Part shown: in pieces, positions 1 through 9,199 of the stretch | Numbering within the stretch: position 1 is the stretch's first letter | How the letters are laid out: each line of letters begins with the position of its first letter | DNA from: an uncultured Verrucomicrobiae bacterium | GTDB taxonomy: Bacteria > Verrucomicrobiota > Verrucomicrobiia > Limisphaerales > AAA164-E04 | Reading direction: 5' to 3' | NCBI GenBank assembly: GCA_951813855.1 | Contig: OX638380.1 | Coordinates: forward strand, 4,685,797-4,749,796 | Length of the DNA stretch: 64,000 nucleotides | The notes under the pieces: generated by a model | What the model saw: only the letters and a program-made list of their open reading frames with translations | Databases searched by the model: none | What the model was told of the DNA's origin: nothing | Program-made: the position numbers and the translations under genes

Positions 1-204
1 AACCACGCCGACGGCAGCTATGGGCACCAAGCGTTCGATGGCGGGAAACCAACTCGAGCGAAACAGCGACCAACGACTGGTTTCGGCCAAAACCTTTTCG
101 GCTTCGATTCTGGCCCTGATGCGCGAAGACAGGCGTTCGAGGCGCTCTTCTGGAGTCACTTCCAAGGCCTTCAGGCGCAAAAGCTTTTGCAACGAGCTAG
201 GCAT
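1..204 (-). CDS. hypothetical protein, 5' part only (continues past the left edge of the window)
   Basis: A reverse-strand ATG at 204-202 opens MPSSLQKLLRLKALEVTPEERLERLSSRIRARIEAEKVLAETSRWSLFRSSWFPAIERLV... with no stop before position 1. It is absent from the ORF track because it is open-ended. No family recognised. Confidence 0.3.
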   Translation of the reverse strand, partial: MPSSLQKLLRLKALEVTPEERLERLSSRIRARIEAEKVLAETSRWSLFRSSWFPAIERLVPIAAVGVV

Positions 205-211
205 CTCTGAG

Positions 212-445
212 TTATGCGGCATTAATCGGACCGATTGAGTAATGAATCACGACTGGGACGTTCGAATTACAGCCGTCCTCAATGGTCGACAAGGAAAGCA
301 TTCGAGTGTTCGAAAAAAAAGCAACCTCCTCGGGGCTGATCCTTTCATATTTCCCGATAAAATCGATGATTTTTGTTCGAAGCCCCAGAGCGATGGCCTT
401 GAATCCAGGCGGCAATGAGTAGGTCGGCCAATCATTCCGCGGCAA
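212..445 (-). CDS. hypothetical small protein (77 aa)
   Basis: Track ORF on the same strand as its neighbours. No recognisable motif. Confidence 0.2.
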   Translation of the reverse strand: MPRNDWPTYSLPPGFKAIALGLRTKIIDFIGKYERISPEEVAFFSNTRMLSLSTIEDGCNSNVPVVIHYSIGPINAA

Positions 446-879
446 GGCAGAAGGATGAGATGGGGTCTCTTTTTTGGTAGCGCTTATTATCCGAAGAACC
501 AGACGAAACCATCGGTTCGTCGCTGGGTGCGAAACTCACCGGAGAGTTTCATGTTGCCGCTTCGTCAGCTGAAATGCGCCGAGTATCGATTGCGAGAGGT
601 CGCAGAGGGTTCACTGAAATCAAGCCAGCTCTCCCTATTGCGAGTGATAGCGAACTATCCGGGACGGTGCCGGGATGGAAGGGCGGCTGAAGGAAGGATT
701 CCAGTCAGGCAGGTCAGTGGCTGAATCGGCGAAAAACGCAAGGTCCAAGGCCAAACCAAGGGAGAATCCGAGAGAAAATCAACGGCTCCGATTTCGTCGA
801 AACCAGAAGATCGGGCAGTCGGTTTCTCGAAAAAAAGTCTCTGTCGTGGAACGGACCGCTCGCTCGCCGATCAATCGGA

Positions 880-1512
880 TTAGTCCAAATACTTCGACAA
901 GTAGGCCTGTAACTGCTGCCGGGCGTAATGCAGTCGGGAACGAACCGTCCCCGTTTTGCAATGGGTGACGGCACCGATTTCCTCGTGTGACATGCCTTGA
1001 ATGTCGTGCATGATCACTACCAACCGGTGGGTTTCAGACAACTTCATCATGGCTTCGCTGATCTTTCCTTGAAGTTCTTTCAATTTGAGGTCGCGACGGG
1101 GCGTGGATTCGAACACGAACTCCCGAACCAGCGACCAATCTTCGCCGGAAGGGTCGATATCGTTTAGGTCGAAGGGCACGAATTTGCGGCGGTTGCGCTT
1201 CTTGAGGAAGTTGATCGTCTTGTTGACGGCGATGCGGTAGGTCCACGTGAAAAAGGAGGAATATTCCTTGAACGAAGCCAAGGACTGATAGGCCTTGATG
1301 AAGGTTTCCTGGGTCAGGTCGTCGGCGTCCGAACGATTGGCCGTCATGTGGTAGATCGTCGCGTGCAACCGGGCGCGATAACGGCGGACCAGTTCGTCGA
1401 AGGCCGACAGGTCGCCCTCACGCGTCGCCCGGACCAACTCCGATTCCGAACGCTCGTCCCCCTGCTCGGAAAGTGCCGACCCGACGTCCCGACTCACACT
1501 CAGGGTTGGCAT
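880..1512 (-). CDS. ECF-type RNA polymerase sigma-70 family factor
   Basis: The sigma-70 region 2 context is FDELVRRYRARLHATIYHMTANRSDADDLTQETFIKAY. The region 4 HTH is MSHEEIGAVTHCKTGTVRSRLHYARQQL. Length is 210 aa. Confidence 0.9.
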   Translation of the reverse strand: MPTLSVSRDVGSALSEQGDERSESELVRATREGDLSAFDELVRRYRARLHATIYHMTANRSDADDLTQETFIKAYQSLASFKEYSSFFTWTYRIAVNKTINFLKKRNRRKFVPFDLNDIDPSGEDWSLVREFVFESTPRRDLKLKELQGKISEAMMKLSETHRLVVIMHDIQGMSHEEIGAVTHCKTGTVRSRLHYARQQLQAYLSKYLD

Positions 1513-2624
1513 GGAACGGGTTCGTTTTCGAACGAGTCATTCGGAGCCAACTCGCTGACCTTTAATTCCAAGTAATCCGTAAGTTCCCGCATGGGCGAAA
1601 CAGTGGCCGAGGGGGTAACCGAGCGCAGCTGCTCCCGTGACTCGTTGAGCATCGAATGTATGAATTGCGCACACTGCGCGTAGATTCGGTATCGGTTCAT
1701 CAGCTCCATCAGCCAATGGGTATTACACCGCTCCCAACGCATAAGTTTTGTTCTCAGTTCGTTTTTTTCGTCGGGATCCGCCTGTTCCAGCAGGATGAGC
1801 GCCGGCAGGGTCAGTTTGCCTTGCAACAGATCGATGCCGGTGGATTTTCCGACCGCCGAGGCCGAACTGAACAAATCGAGGCAATCGTCGTAGATCTGAT
1901 AGGCCGTGCCCAGCAACAGGCCGAACTGTTTTAATTCTCCGGCCTCGGCATCGAAAAGCGAACCGTAGCGAGCTCCCAGAACGCAGGACAAACCAAACAG
2001 TTCGGCGGTTTTCATTTTGATGATCCGCAGGTATTCGTCGCGGTTCGCCGGTTCTATTTTCCGAAAGCTTTGTAATATTTCTCCGGTGCAGACGCGTTTG
2101 GTCGACTGGGCTACGGAGCGGCAAATATCGGCCGTGGGGAAAGCGGTGGATATTTGGAAGGCGTGAGCGAACAAGCAATCGCCAAGCAACACGGACAGAT
2201 GGTTGCCCTGATTAGCGACCAGGGACGGACGGTTGCGGCGATAGTCGGCCGCGTCGAGGATATCGTCGTGAATCAAAGTCGCCAGATGGACCATTTCGAT
2301 GATGGCTCCGACGTGAACCAGGGATCGGTCGTAGCTTCGGTGGGCTCCTCCGGCCAAGGCTACCAATAGCGGGCGCAACCGTTTCCCATGGTTGGTAATG
2401 ACGTAGCGCGCCTGTTCAACGATTTCCGGTTCGAAAGTGGCGACTTGCTCTTGCAACAGCAATCCCACTTCGTCGAGAAACCCTTGGTAGGGCTCGACGA
2501 GTCTGCTCCAGATTTCGGTTGAGCGATCGGTTTGCCGGTTGGCCGGGAATGGCGGTTGGGCCAAACTGGCCTTGCTCGATGACATCCGGGGGAGAATCCT
2601 GGCTCGTTCCGGATGAGATGTCAA
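1500..2624 (-). CDS. trans-polyprenyl diphosphate synthase (long-chain, IspB-like)
   Basis: Two Asp-rich motifs are present: LIHDDILDAADYRRNRPS and YQIYDDCLD. The 3' end overlaps the sigma gene start by 13 nt. The true start may be a downstream Met (for example MSSSKAS). Confidence 0.85.
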   Translation of the reverse strand: MTSHPERARILPRMSSSKASLAQPPFPANRQTDRSTEIWSRLVEPYQGFLDEVGLLLQEQVATFEPEIVEQARYVITNHGKRLRPLLVALAGGAHRSYDRSLVHVGAIIEMVHLATLIHDDILDAADYRRNRPSLVANQGNHLSVLLGDCLFAHAFQISTAFPTADICRSVAQSTKRVCTGEILQSFRKIEPANRDEYLRIIKMKTAELFGLSCVLGARYGSLFDAEAGELKQFGLLLGTAYQIYDDCLDLFSSASAVGKSTGIDLLQGKLTLPALILLEQADPDEKNELRTKLMRWERCNTHWLMELMNRYRIYAQCAQFIHSMLNESREQLRSVTPSATVSPMRELTDYLELKVSELAPNDSFENEPVPCQP

Positions 2625-3514
2625 TTCGTTACTTTACTGAGCCGGGCGGGAAAGTCGGAGCGGACGATCCAGGCTTCGAGCCAGTCGACTACCGAGCGAA
2701 TCTGATCGTCGGGGGTCGAAGTTCCGGCGGTCACCCCCACGAGGTCGGAAGGGAAAAACCATTCCTCTCGGAGTTCTTCCGCCCGCTGAATGTGGTAGAC
2801 TCGGGAGCAGTGGCGCGAGCATAGGGCGTACAATTCGTGAGTGTTGTTGCTGCGCGCGCCACCGATGACGATGACGACATCGCTTTCCGTGGCCAACTGC
2901 TTAGCCGCTTTTTGCCGGTTTTTGGTCGGTTGGCACACCGTGTCTCGAAAGGCGACCTCTGCCGAGGGAAACCGTTCGCGGAGCGCGGCTACCAAGGATC
3001 GCACGCGTTCGATGGGTTGGGTAGTTTGGGCGACGACGCCATAGCGGGGGCGGGGTGGGATATGCTCCAGATCCGCCTCTCCGGAGATGATGCGAAATTC
3101 TTCCAGGTCGCCGGTCAGTCCCTTGACTTCGACGTGGCCCGGTTTCCCGATGACCAACGGAAAATGCCCGGAAGCGACCAGTTCGGTCAGTAGCCGGTGG
3201 GCATGGTGAACTAACGGGCAAGTGGCGTCCAACACCTCGTGCCGGCGTTCGTCCAAGGCCTGCCGGACGCTGTCCGAACTCCCGTGCGCAGTAATCATGA
3301 CCCGGGATGTTTCGATCTGATCGAAGTCGCGAGTGGAACGAACTCCGTGATCATTCAGTTCGCGCAACACTCCCTGGTTGTGAACCAAGTCACCCAGTGT
3401 CGTCAGCGGCGATTGCCGGCTTTGGGTTTTGGCGAAGGCGATAGCGTCCCGGACCCCGAAACACATGCCTAAATGTTTGGCGAGCTTGATGTGCATAAGC
3501 GTTGATAATAACAA
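2621..3514 (-). CDS. ispH: 4-hydroxy-3-methylbut-2-enyl diphosphate reductase
   Basis: The three conserved Cys contexts of IspH/LytB are present (CFGVRDAI, ATCPLVHHAH, DTVCQPT). Length is 297 aa. The 4-nt overlap with the downstream polyprenyl synthase gene suggests an operon. Confidence 0.9.
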   Translation of the reverse strand: MLLSTLMHIKLAKHLGMCFGVRDAIAFAKTQSRQSPLTTLGDLVHNQGVLRELNDHGVRSTRDFDQIETSRVMITAHGSSDSVRQALDERRHEVLDATCPLVHHAHRLLTELVASGHFPLVIGKPGHVEVKGLTGDLEEFRIISGEADLEHIPPRPRYGVVAQTTQPIERVRSLVAALRERFPSAEVAFRDTVCQPTKNRQKAAKQLATESDVVIVIGGARSNNTHELYALCSRHCSRVYHIQRAEELREEWFFPSDLVGVTAGTSTPDDQIRSVVDWLEAWIVRSDFPARLSKVTN

Positions 3515-3575
3515 GTAGTTTGTTTCGCAAAGTAACGGAAAGAACCGGACGTGCGTCGCATGGGTTTCGTTCGGT

Positions 3576-3881
3576 TCATGATCGATTCTGACGGACGATC
3601 CGTTCCAACAAGCCGATATAACGTTCGAAAGCTGTTTTGCCTTCGGACGTCAGGCGGCAGGTGGTCAACGGCCGGTTGCGGGCGAAAGTTTTGGAGACCT
3701 GGACGTAACCGGCCTGTTGCAGGGTGCGGAGGTGGACGCTCAAGTTGCCGTCGGTCATTTCGAGCATTTGCTTGATATCGGTGAACGATAATTCGGGCGA
3801 AGCCGCCAGTAACGACATGATGCCCATGCGGCCCCGTTCGTGAATGACCTTTTCCAGTTGCTGAAAGCATTCGGTATTCAT
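3576..3881 (-). CDS. winged-helix transcriptional regulator (ArsR/HTH_34-like), 101 aa
   Basis: Sequence MNTECFQQLEKVIHERGRMGIMSLLAASPELSFTDIKQMLEMTDGNLSVHLRTLQQAGYVQVSK fits a wHTH. The ATG at 3881-3879 overlaps the TGA of the upstream membrane-protein gene (ATGA), which suggests translational coupling. The 227-aa track ORF is an out-of-frame extension into that gene. Confidence 0.75.
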   Translation of the reverse strand: MNTECFQQLEKVIHERGRMGIMSLLAASPELSFTDIKQMLEMTDGNLSVHLRTLQQAGYVQVSKTFARNRPLTTCRLTSEGKTAFERYIGLLERIVRQNRS

Positions 3882-4516
3882 GACGGCGAATGGCTTTCGG
3901 TGAGCAGCAGGTACCAACCGTAAAATAAATGCAGGAGCCCGAAACTGCCGCCCATGACCAAATGGGCGGCTCGAAGTTCGACCGCGGCGTTCGTGGGCTC
4001 GGCCGGGACATGCGGGAATCCCCAGAGCGTCGCCATGCCCATGACGACGAATCCCAAACCGAACAGCCGGATGCCCCGAGGCATGAAAAATCCGGCGGAA
4101 AACAAGCCCAGGCCGTACAGGGTCATCCAGATCGAAGGCAACCGCCAGGCGAACTCGGGAGTCGGAAAAACGGGAACCGCGCCCAACAACCCGGACATCA
4201 ATCCGACGGTCAGAGCGGGGAAGATCGCCTCGGCCACTCTGCGAGTCGGCAGCGACCAAAAGGGTTCCATGCGCCGCAACGCTTGACGCCTGACGATCGC
4301 CACCGATAAAAAAAACGCGAGGCCGGCGACGGTCAACCAGAATACCGCGAACGATTGCCCCGTGTCGATTTGACAGTACCAGCCGATCCCGCAGGCCAAT
4401 AGACCAACCGTGCCGGTGGCCAGGGCTGCCGGAGCCAACGCTCGGCGATAGGAAGCCGAACGCTCCATCAGCATTCTGATCTGCTCCAGCCTTTCGTCTG
4501 CCCAGTCGGGGTCCAC
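3878..4516 (-). CDS. integral membrane protein (212 aa, about 5-6 TM), co-transcribed with the wHTH regulator
   Basis: Hydrophobic segments include LAPAALATGTVGLLACGIGWY, FAVFWLTVAGLAFFLSVAIV and FGLGFVVMGMATLWGF. No family recognised. Confidence 0.6.
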   Translation of the reverse strand: MDPDWADERLEQIRMLMERSASYRRALAPAALATGTVGLLACGIGWYCQIDTGQSFAVFWLTVAGLAFFLSVAIVRRQALRRMEPFWSLPTRRVAEAIFPALTVGLMSGLLGAVPVFPTPEFAWRLPSIWMTLYGLGLFSAGFFMPRGIRLFGLGFVVMGMATLWGFPHVPAEPTNAAVELRAAHLVMGGSFGLLHLFYGWYLLLTESHSPS

Positions 4517-4563
4517 GCCTTTACTTTGCGGTATAAAGTTAATCCTGTCAATCGGAGAAAATC

Positions 4564-6728
4564 CAGGACTTTTTCATGCTAATAATTTTTGATCGACGAT
4601 CGTTTTTTTAAGTGTCGAGCGGAGTATTTCGATTCGTCGGAAAAACTGTTTTTCCGAATTATGCTTCGAGTTAGGCGGCGATTGCCGATTGAGACGAGTT
4701 TCAGCCGGACAGGAGACTAAACCGGTGCGAGTATCGGTCGAACGATCAATTCGCCGACCGAATCAGCAAGGAGGAAGCGTCGGTAATCAGGAAGGTCGGG
4801 TCAGTTTTTTTTCGGACGTTTAAACGGGGTGGTTTTCGTGACGGCTCGCAACCCTTGGTTCCGATTCGTCTGAAAATCGTCGGTAGCTTCGGCCATATTA
4901 GAGTATCCCGACTGGAGAATGATCGCCAAGGCCAGGTTGTTGAAGAGGGCATTGTTCGTCGGCCCATGGCGAGTTCGCATAAGACAATCATCTTCGCCGA
5001 AAATCCCGTCGCGACGGCGGTGATTACCGTTTTCTACCGTCCAATGTCCCCGATTGAGTGACAACAATCGTTGAGCGTCGGCAGCCTCCGGAGGCAACGA
5101 AGTGACGCCGTAGGCATATTCCACGGTCTCGGGCTCACCGTTCAAATGATGGCGGTGTCGAATGATCCGAAAGACTTGGAGGACATGCGGTAATGTGATG
5201 GCTCCCGGAAGGGGTTCATAGGTTTGAATGCTCCGTTGATCGATGCGGCCGTGTCCTTTCTCCGGGTTTTCGGTGAACCGGTCCTGGGCCACTCGATCCC
5301 AATCCAGGCTGGTCAAAAATTGAGAGAGTTCGGGGTTGTTCTCTTTAACCGTGAAGAGAAAATGGGCTCCGTTAACCAACACGATGGCATCGGCCATGAC
5401 TCGGTTAGTATGGAGCGCATCGATCGTAATGATGGCTCCCCGGATATCGACATCCTCCAAGAGAGCCGCCATCGCCGCCTGTTCGCCGCCTTGGTCTCGG
5501 CAAATGCGAACGGCGATGGGCACCGCATCTTGATGGCGCACGAGGATGACGGTCTCGAAATGGTCTTTGCTGTTGCGATTAGCTCCGTTGATCCGCTTCC
5601 CGTCGGCAGCCAAGGCTTCCAAGGGTTGTCGAGTCAATTGGGCCGTTACCCAGCGGTGAGTTACCGTTTGCAACGCTTCCGGATCCGTCTCGGTCATGAC
5701 CCGGTGAATCGTCGCGAGAGACGGGGCCACGCAACGGCCCTTGGCGTTGCGCCACGCCCCGAGAGTCTGCAATTGGTTTGGCGTCATTTTTTGGGCGTAA
5801 CGCGAAGTCGCCAAGGGGCCGACCTTGCCGGCCAATCGAGCTAAGATGCAGATAGCGAGGACCATTTCCAGCCGATGTTTGCGTCCTTGTGCCCGGCGAA
5901 AATCAGCCATTTCCGCGAGCAGTTGCACCAATGATTTCAACTGTTTCGGGGACGTTTCTACCCGTTGCACCTGGGGGCCCCAAGACGGATCGTCCTGACG
6001 CTTCCTTAATCGGGAACAGGCTTGGGGTCGCAAGGGATAAACGTACCTTTCCTTCTTGATATTGTGCCGGGCGGTATAGCGTCCGTTGCTGCGAGCGTAG
6101 CCTTGCGATTGCCCTACCGCCCGCCAATTCCCCGCGCGATAGATCGTGCCCGCGAAGTGTCGGGGATCGACGAAAGTTTCGGCCAATTCCAGCGGATGAC
6201 CCCAGGTCCGTTGCCAATCGGCACTCAAACGGCGCAGCATTTTGGCCATGACGCAGCTCCCCAGATTGTGCACTTCGCCCCGCTCGGTAAGCAGGAGGAA
6301 TCGGGTATTGTTGGCAATCAAATGCAGCCGACGAAACTGCTCTCGTTTTTTCCACCCGAGCCACTTGTCTCGCGGGCGACACTTGAACACTCCGCTTTGC
6401 CAGCCGGCTAACGCCAACCACCGGCCTCGGTACTCGGCAACATAACGCAGACCGCGTCCGGCAAAGCCTTTGAAACCCAAGCGATGGTTCTGATCCATCA
6501 GCGAATCCCAGCGTCTTCGCTCACTGCTCTTCACCAATCGAACGGTCACCAGCTTGAGGTTGATTTTGGCGTCCATGAGGAACCCATAACGACCAGAGAG
6601 TGAAAAAGCCAGCTTTATTTTCCCATTTCGAAGGCGCTAAAGTTTCGGCTCTCTGGTGAAGGGAAAAAGCGAATATGGCCCGAAATCGGTGATACGGGCC
6701 TCTAGCGATTAGCGTGAAAAAACCCTGG
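4564..6728 (-). mobile_element. ISAs1-like insertion sequence, copy 1 (about 2.17 kb)
   Basis: The imperfect TIRs are (C)CAGGACTTTTTCATGCTAAT on the left and CCAGGGTTTTTTCACGCTAAT as the reverse complement of the right end. The direct repeat AGAAAATC lies at 4556-4563 and 6729-6736. The element is near-identical to copy 2 at 14972-17137. Confidence 0.9.
4801..6576 (-). CDS. transposase: N-terminal DUF4338-like domain fused to an ISAs1-family DDE transposase (591 aa)
   Basis: The N-terminal ~180 aa (GFKGFAGRGLRYVAEYRGRWLALAGWQSGVFKCRPRDKWLGW...RLHLIANNTRFLLL...AETFVDPRHFAGTIYRAGNW) match my memory of DUF4338. The C-terminal part has ISAs1 hallmarks (DFRRAQGRKHRL, AADGKRINGA, TIDALHTNRVMADAI, GHWTVENGNHRRRDGIFGEDDC). 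Confidence 0.85.
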   Translation of the reverse strand: MDAKINLKLVTVRLVKSSERRRWDSLMDQNHRLGFKGFAGRGLRYVAEYRGRWLALAGWQSGVFKCRPRDKWLGWKKREQFRRLHLIANNTRFLLLTERGEVHNLGSCVMAKMLRRLSADWQRTWGHPLELAETFVDPRHFAGTIYRAGNWRAVGQSQGYARSNGRYTARHNIKKERYVYPLRPQACSRLRKRQDDPSWGPQVQRVETSPKQLKSLVQLLAEMADFRRAQGRKHRLEMVLAICILARLAGKVGPLATSRYAQKMTPNQLQTLGAWRNAKGRCVAPSLATIHRVMTETDPEALQTVTHRWVTAQLTRQPLEALAADGKRINGANRNSKDHFETVILVRHQDAVPIAVRICRDQGGEQAAMAALLEDVDIRGAIITIDALHTNRVMADAIVLVNGAHFLFTVKENNPELSQFLTSLDWDRVAQDRFTENPEKGHGRIDQRSIQTYEPLPGAITLPHVLQVFRIIRHRHHLNGEPETVEYAYGVTSLPPEAADAQRLLSLNRGHWTVENGNHRRRDGIFGEDDCLMRTRHGPTNNALFNNLALAIILQSGYSNMAEATDDFQTNRNQGLRAVTKTTPFKRPKKN

Positions 6729-6801
6729 AGAAAATCCCCAAAACGTTTTTTGCCCGGCTTGAAACTTGAACCGCGAGCGAGCGTGGTTTATTCTGAGTCC
6801 T

Positions 6802-7365
6802 ATGCGAAAGAGCTGGCAATACGTCGCCATGGCTTGTGCGGTCTGGGGTACGACATTATCCGCTATCAGCCTTATGGGGCAGGAAGCCGACGATCGATCC
6901 TTTGCCGTCTCCGGCTTGGCCTTCGAGTATCCCGAAACTTGGGTAAAGGAAACTCCGCAGTCCCGCATGCGCCAGGCGCAATTAAAGGTTCCCGGTCAAG
7001 AGGGAGCGGAGGCGGGAGAGGTGGTTTTCTTTTTTTTCGGGCCGGGGAATGCCGGCGGCACCGAGGCGAACGTCACCCGCTGGTATCGACAATTCCGCGA
7101 GCCGGTGGAACAGTTGAATACCAAGAAGGAGGCGTTCAAGCTCAAGGACGGCACCAAGGTAACCTACGTGCGGGCGGAAGGCACCTTTCTTAGCGGGCCG
7201 CCTCTCGGAGCCAAGCAACCGAAACCGGGATACGTTTTGCTGGGAGCTATCATTGAGGATCAGGCCGGGTACGTGTTCGTCAAATTTACCGGGCCCGGAA
7301 AAGTGGTATCGGCGGCAGCGAAAGACTTTCGCGGCATGGTGGCTTCGGCGGTCGCCGCCGAATAA
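6802..7365 (+). CDS. secreted hypothetical protein
   Basis: A signal-peptide-like N-terminus (MRKSWQYVAMACAVWGTTLSAISLMGQEA) starts at the ATG at 6802. The track ORF begins earlier at a non-ATG codon. The right end of IS copy 1 lies 74 bp upstream. Confidence 0.55.
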   Translation: MRKSWQYVAMACAVWGTTLSAISLMGQEADDRSFAVSGLAFEYPETWVKETPQSRMRQAQLKVPGQEGAEAGEVVFFFFGPGNAGGTEANVTRWYRQFREPVEQLNTKKEAFKLKDGTKVTYVRAEGTFLSGPPLGAKQPKPGYVLLGAIIEDQAGYVFVKFTGPGKVVSAAAKDFRGMVASAVAAE

Positions 7366-7434
7366 GCCTTGGGGCGGACGAGAAAACGGCCCGACCGGTG
7401 GCCGGCAAACGACGGTTGAATATCTGGTTTTAGT

Positions 7435-8634
7435 ATGGCTAACGACGAGAGACAAAGTCCCTCAATCGATTGGATGACCTGGATCGAACTGCACAAGTTG
7501 AAGTTAATACTCTTGGTGGTATTGGCCATGTGCGGGGGGCTAGGAATGTATCTCTGGTCCTGGAAGGTCGATCGAGCCGAACGCGAAGTGAGCGGTCGGC
7601 TTTTCAATATCTTGACCAGTCAGGAACGAGAGGAAGAAGAGAAACCAGAGGAGATATTGGCTCTAGCGCAATCCGATGCCGGCACCAAAGCGGGAGAGCT
7701 AGCCCTGATGTTGGCGGCGCAAGGGTATTTTCTCAAGAAACAATACGATTTGGCCGAGCGGTATTTCGATCAATTCCGCCAAGATTATCCCGATAGCGAG
7801 TTTTGGTCCACGGCCCTGTTTGGGTCCGCGAGTTCGTTGGAAGCGATGGGGAAAACGAACGAAGCCAAGGAAGCCTATCTTTCCGTATCCAGCAGCTTCG
7901 CCAACACGGCTATCGCGGCCCAATCCAAATTATTCCTCGCCCGAATTAACGAGGAGCAGGAAAACCTCGAAGAAGCGGTAAGGCTTTATGACGAATTGGA
8001 CCGTCCCAACGTTTCGAGCCGTTATAACCTGCTGGCGGTCGAAAGACGCGAAGCGATCTGGAAACGGCGGCCGGATTTGCGCCCGGTAACGGTTTCCGAA
8101 GAGACGACCTCCGGGACGGTTCCCGAACCCGGAGTATCCGCGACGAACACGGTCGCCGACTCGAACTCTCCGGACAATCAGAGCAAACCGGAACAAGGGA
8201 CCGAACTTTCCGGCGAAGAAGCGACGCCGCCGGTCGAGGCGGAAAACGGAGCGAGCGAGAATCCGGATCCTTCGGTCGCAGAACCGGTGGCGGAAGAAGG
8301 GGCCGGCGAGAGCGATGGAGATTCGACGGCTACCGATGCCGCCAGAAACGAATCTTTGCCCGAAACGGCTCCCGAAGCGCCGCAGCCGGATCCCGCGACC
8401 GAAGAATTGCCCGAGGAACCTTCCGCCGAAGAGCCGGTGACGGAAGAAGGGCCCGGCGACAGCGCAGAGGAATCGACGGTTCCTGAAGCGCCGCAACCGG
8501 ATCCCGCGACCGAGGAATCGCCTGAAGATTCTTCCTCCGAAGAGCCGGTGACGGAAGAAGCGTCCGGCGACGGCGCAGAGGAATCGCCGGAATCCGAGGC
8601 CGACGACTCTGACGATTCCGACGGCCAGCAGTGA
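7435..8634 (+). CDS. membrane-anchored TPR-like protein (YfgM-like architecture) with an acidic repetitive C-terminal tail
   Basis: The N-terminal TM segment is LKLILLVVLAMCGGLGMYLW. TPR-like helices follow (AQGYFLKKQYDLAERYFDQFRQDYPDSEF...EAMGKTNEAKEAY). The last ~170 aa are E/P/D/S-rich. Confidence 0.7.
   Translation: MANDERQSPSIDWMTWIELHKLKLILLVVLAMCGGLGMYLWSWKVDRAEREVSGRLFNILTSQEREEEEKPEEILALAQSDAGTKAGELALMLAAQGYFLKKQYDLAERYFDQFRQDYPDSEFWSTALFGSASSLEAMGKTNEAKEAYLSVSSSFANTAIAAQSKLFLARINEEQENLEEAVRLYDELDRPNVSSRYNLLAVERREAIWKRRPDLRPVTVSEETTSGTVPEPGVSATNTVADSNSPDNQSKPEQGTELSGEEATPPVEAENGASENPDPSVAEPVAEEGAGESDGDSTATDAARNESLPETAPEAPQPDPATEELPEEPSAEEPVTEEGPGDSAEESTVPEAPQPDPATEESPEDSSSEEPVTEEASGDGAEESPESEADDSDDSDGQQ
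8281..8592 (+). repeat. in-frame tandem repeat, 111-bp unit, about 2.5 copies (acidic PEAPQPDPATEE...EEPVTEE.GD.AEES)
   Basis: Full units start at 8371 and 8482 and are near-identical at the DNA level. A partial diverged unit starts near 8281 (EPVAEEGAGESDGDST). Confidence 0.85.
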
Positions 8635-8652
8635 ACCGAAATCCGTTTTTTC

Positions 8653-9081
8653 GTGTACTCTACTCCGGTGCGAGTTGCGGCGGCCCTGATGTTTCGCGAT
8701 GGGTGCGTCCTGTTGGCCAAACGCTCGCTCGGGACTCATCTCGGCGGACTCTGGGAATTTCCCGGCGGTAAATTGGAAGCCGAGGAAGATTATCAGGATT
8801 GTCTGCGGCGCGAAGTGCGCGAAGAACTGGGAATTGAAATCCGGGTGGATTCGTTCCTGATCGATGTGGAGCATTCCTATCCGGAACGGGAGGTGCAGAT
8901 TCGTTTTTTTCGTTGCACGATCGAGTCGGGAGAGCCTGAACCGTTAGCCTGCGCCGAACTGAATTGGGTGACCCCGCTGAATTTGGGACATTACCAGTTC
9001 GTCCCGGCGGACCTGCCGGTTTTGCGGTTGCTCGAAGAAAGAAAAGAACTTTGGTCCGATGAGACTTGGGCCAACTACTGA
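8653..9081 (+). CDS. mutT: Nudix hydrolase, MutT-like (8-oxo-dGTP diphosphatase family)
   Basis: The Nudix box is GGLWEFPGGKLEAEEDYQDCLRREVREELGIEI. Length is 142 aa. Confidence 0.8.
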   Translation: MYSTPVRVAAALMFRDGCVLLAKRSLGTHLGGLWEFPGGKLEAEEDYQDCLRREVREELGIEIRVDSFLIDVEHSYPEREVQIRFFRCTIESGEPEPLACAELNWVTPLNLGHYQFVPADLPVLRLLEERKELWSDETWANY

Positions 9082-9199
9082 AGACCGAAGACCGCGAACC
9101 GTTATTGACTCGAGGGTAGATCCTCGACCTGGATCGGCTGGTTTCGTTAGCCCGGTTCCGTTCGGATTCGAAGGCCCCCGGCCGCGCCCGTCATCTTGG

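Noticed and set aside
600-730. A possible cobalamin-riboswitch-like sequence (GGTGCC...AGTCAGGCAGGTCAGTGGC) downstream of the ECF sigma gene.
   Set aside because: There is only partial resemblance to the B12 box. No downstream gene lies on that strand, and I cannot verify the fold by eye.
3576-4259. The 227-aa version of the wHTH regulator ORF.
   Set aside because: The upstream 126 aa overlap the membrane-protein gene in another frame and are R/G-rich. The recognisable domain starts at the Met at 3881, which forms an ATGA overlap with the upstream gene.
7930-8874. A 314-aa reverse-strand ORF overlaps the TPR gene and the mutT-like gene.
   Set aside because: It is the mirror image of the acidic GAA/GAG-rich repeat, giving an R/F/G-rich low-complexity product. 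It overlaps two well-supported genes and is a shadow ORF.
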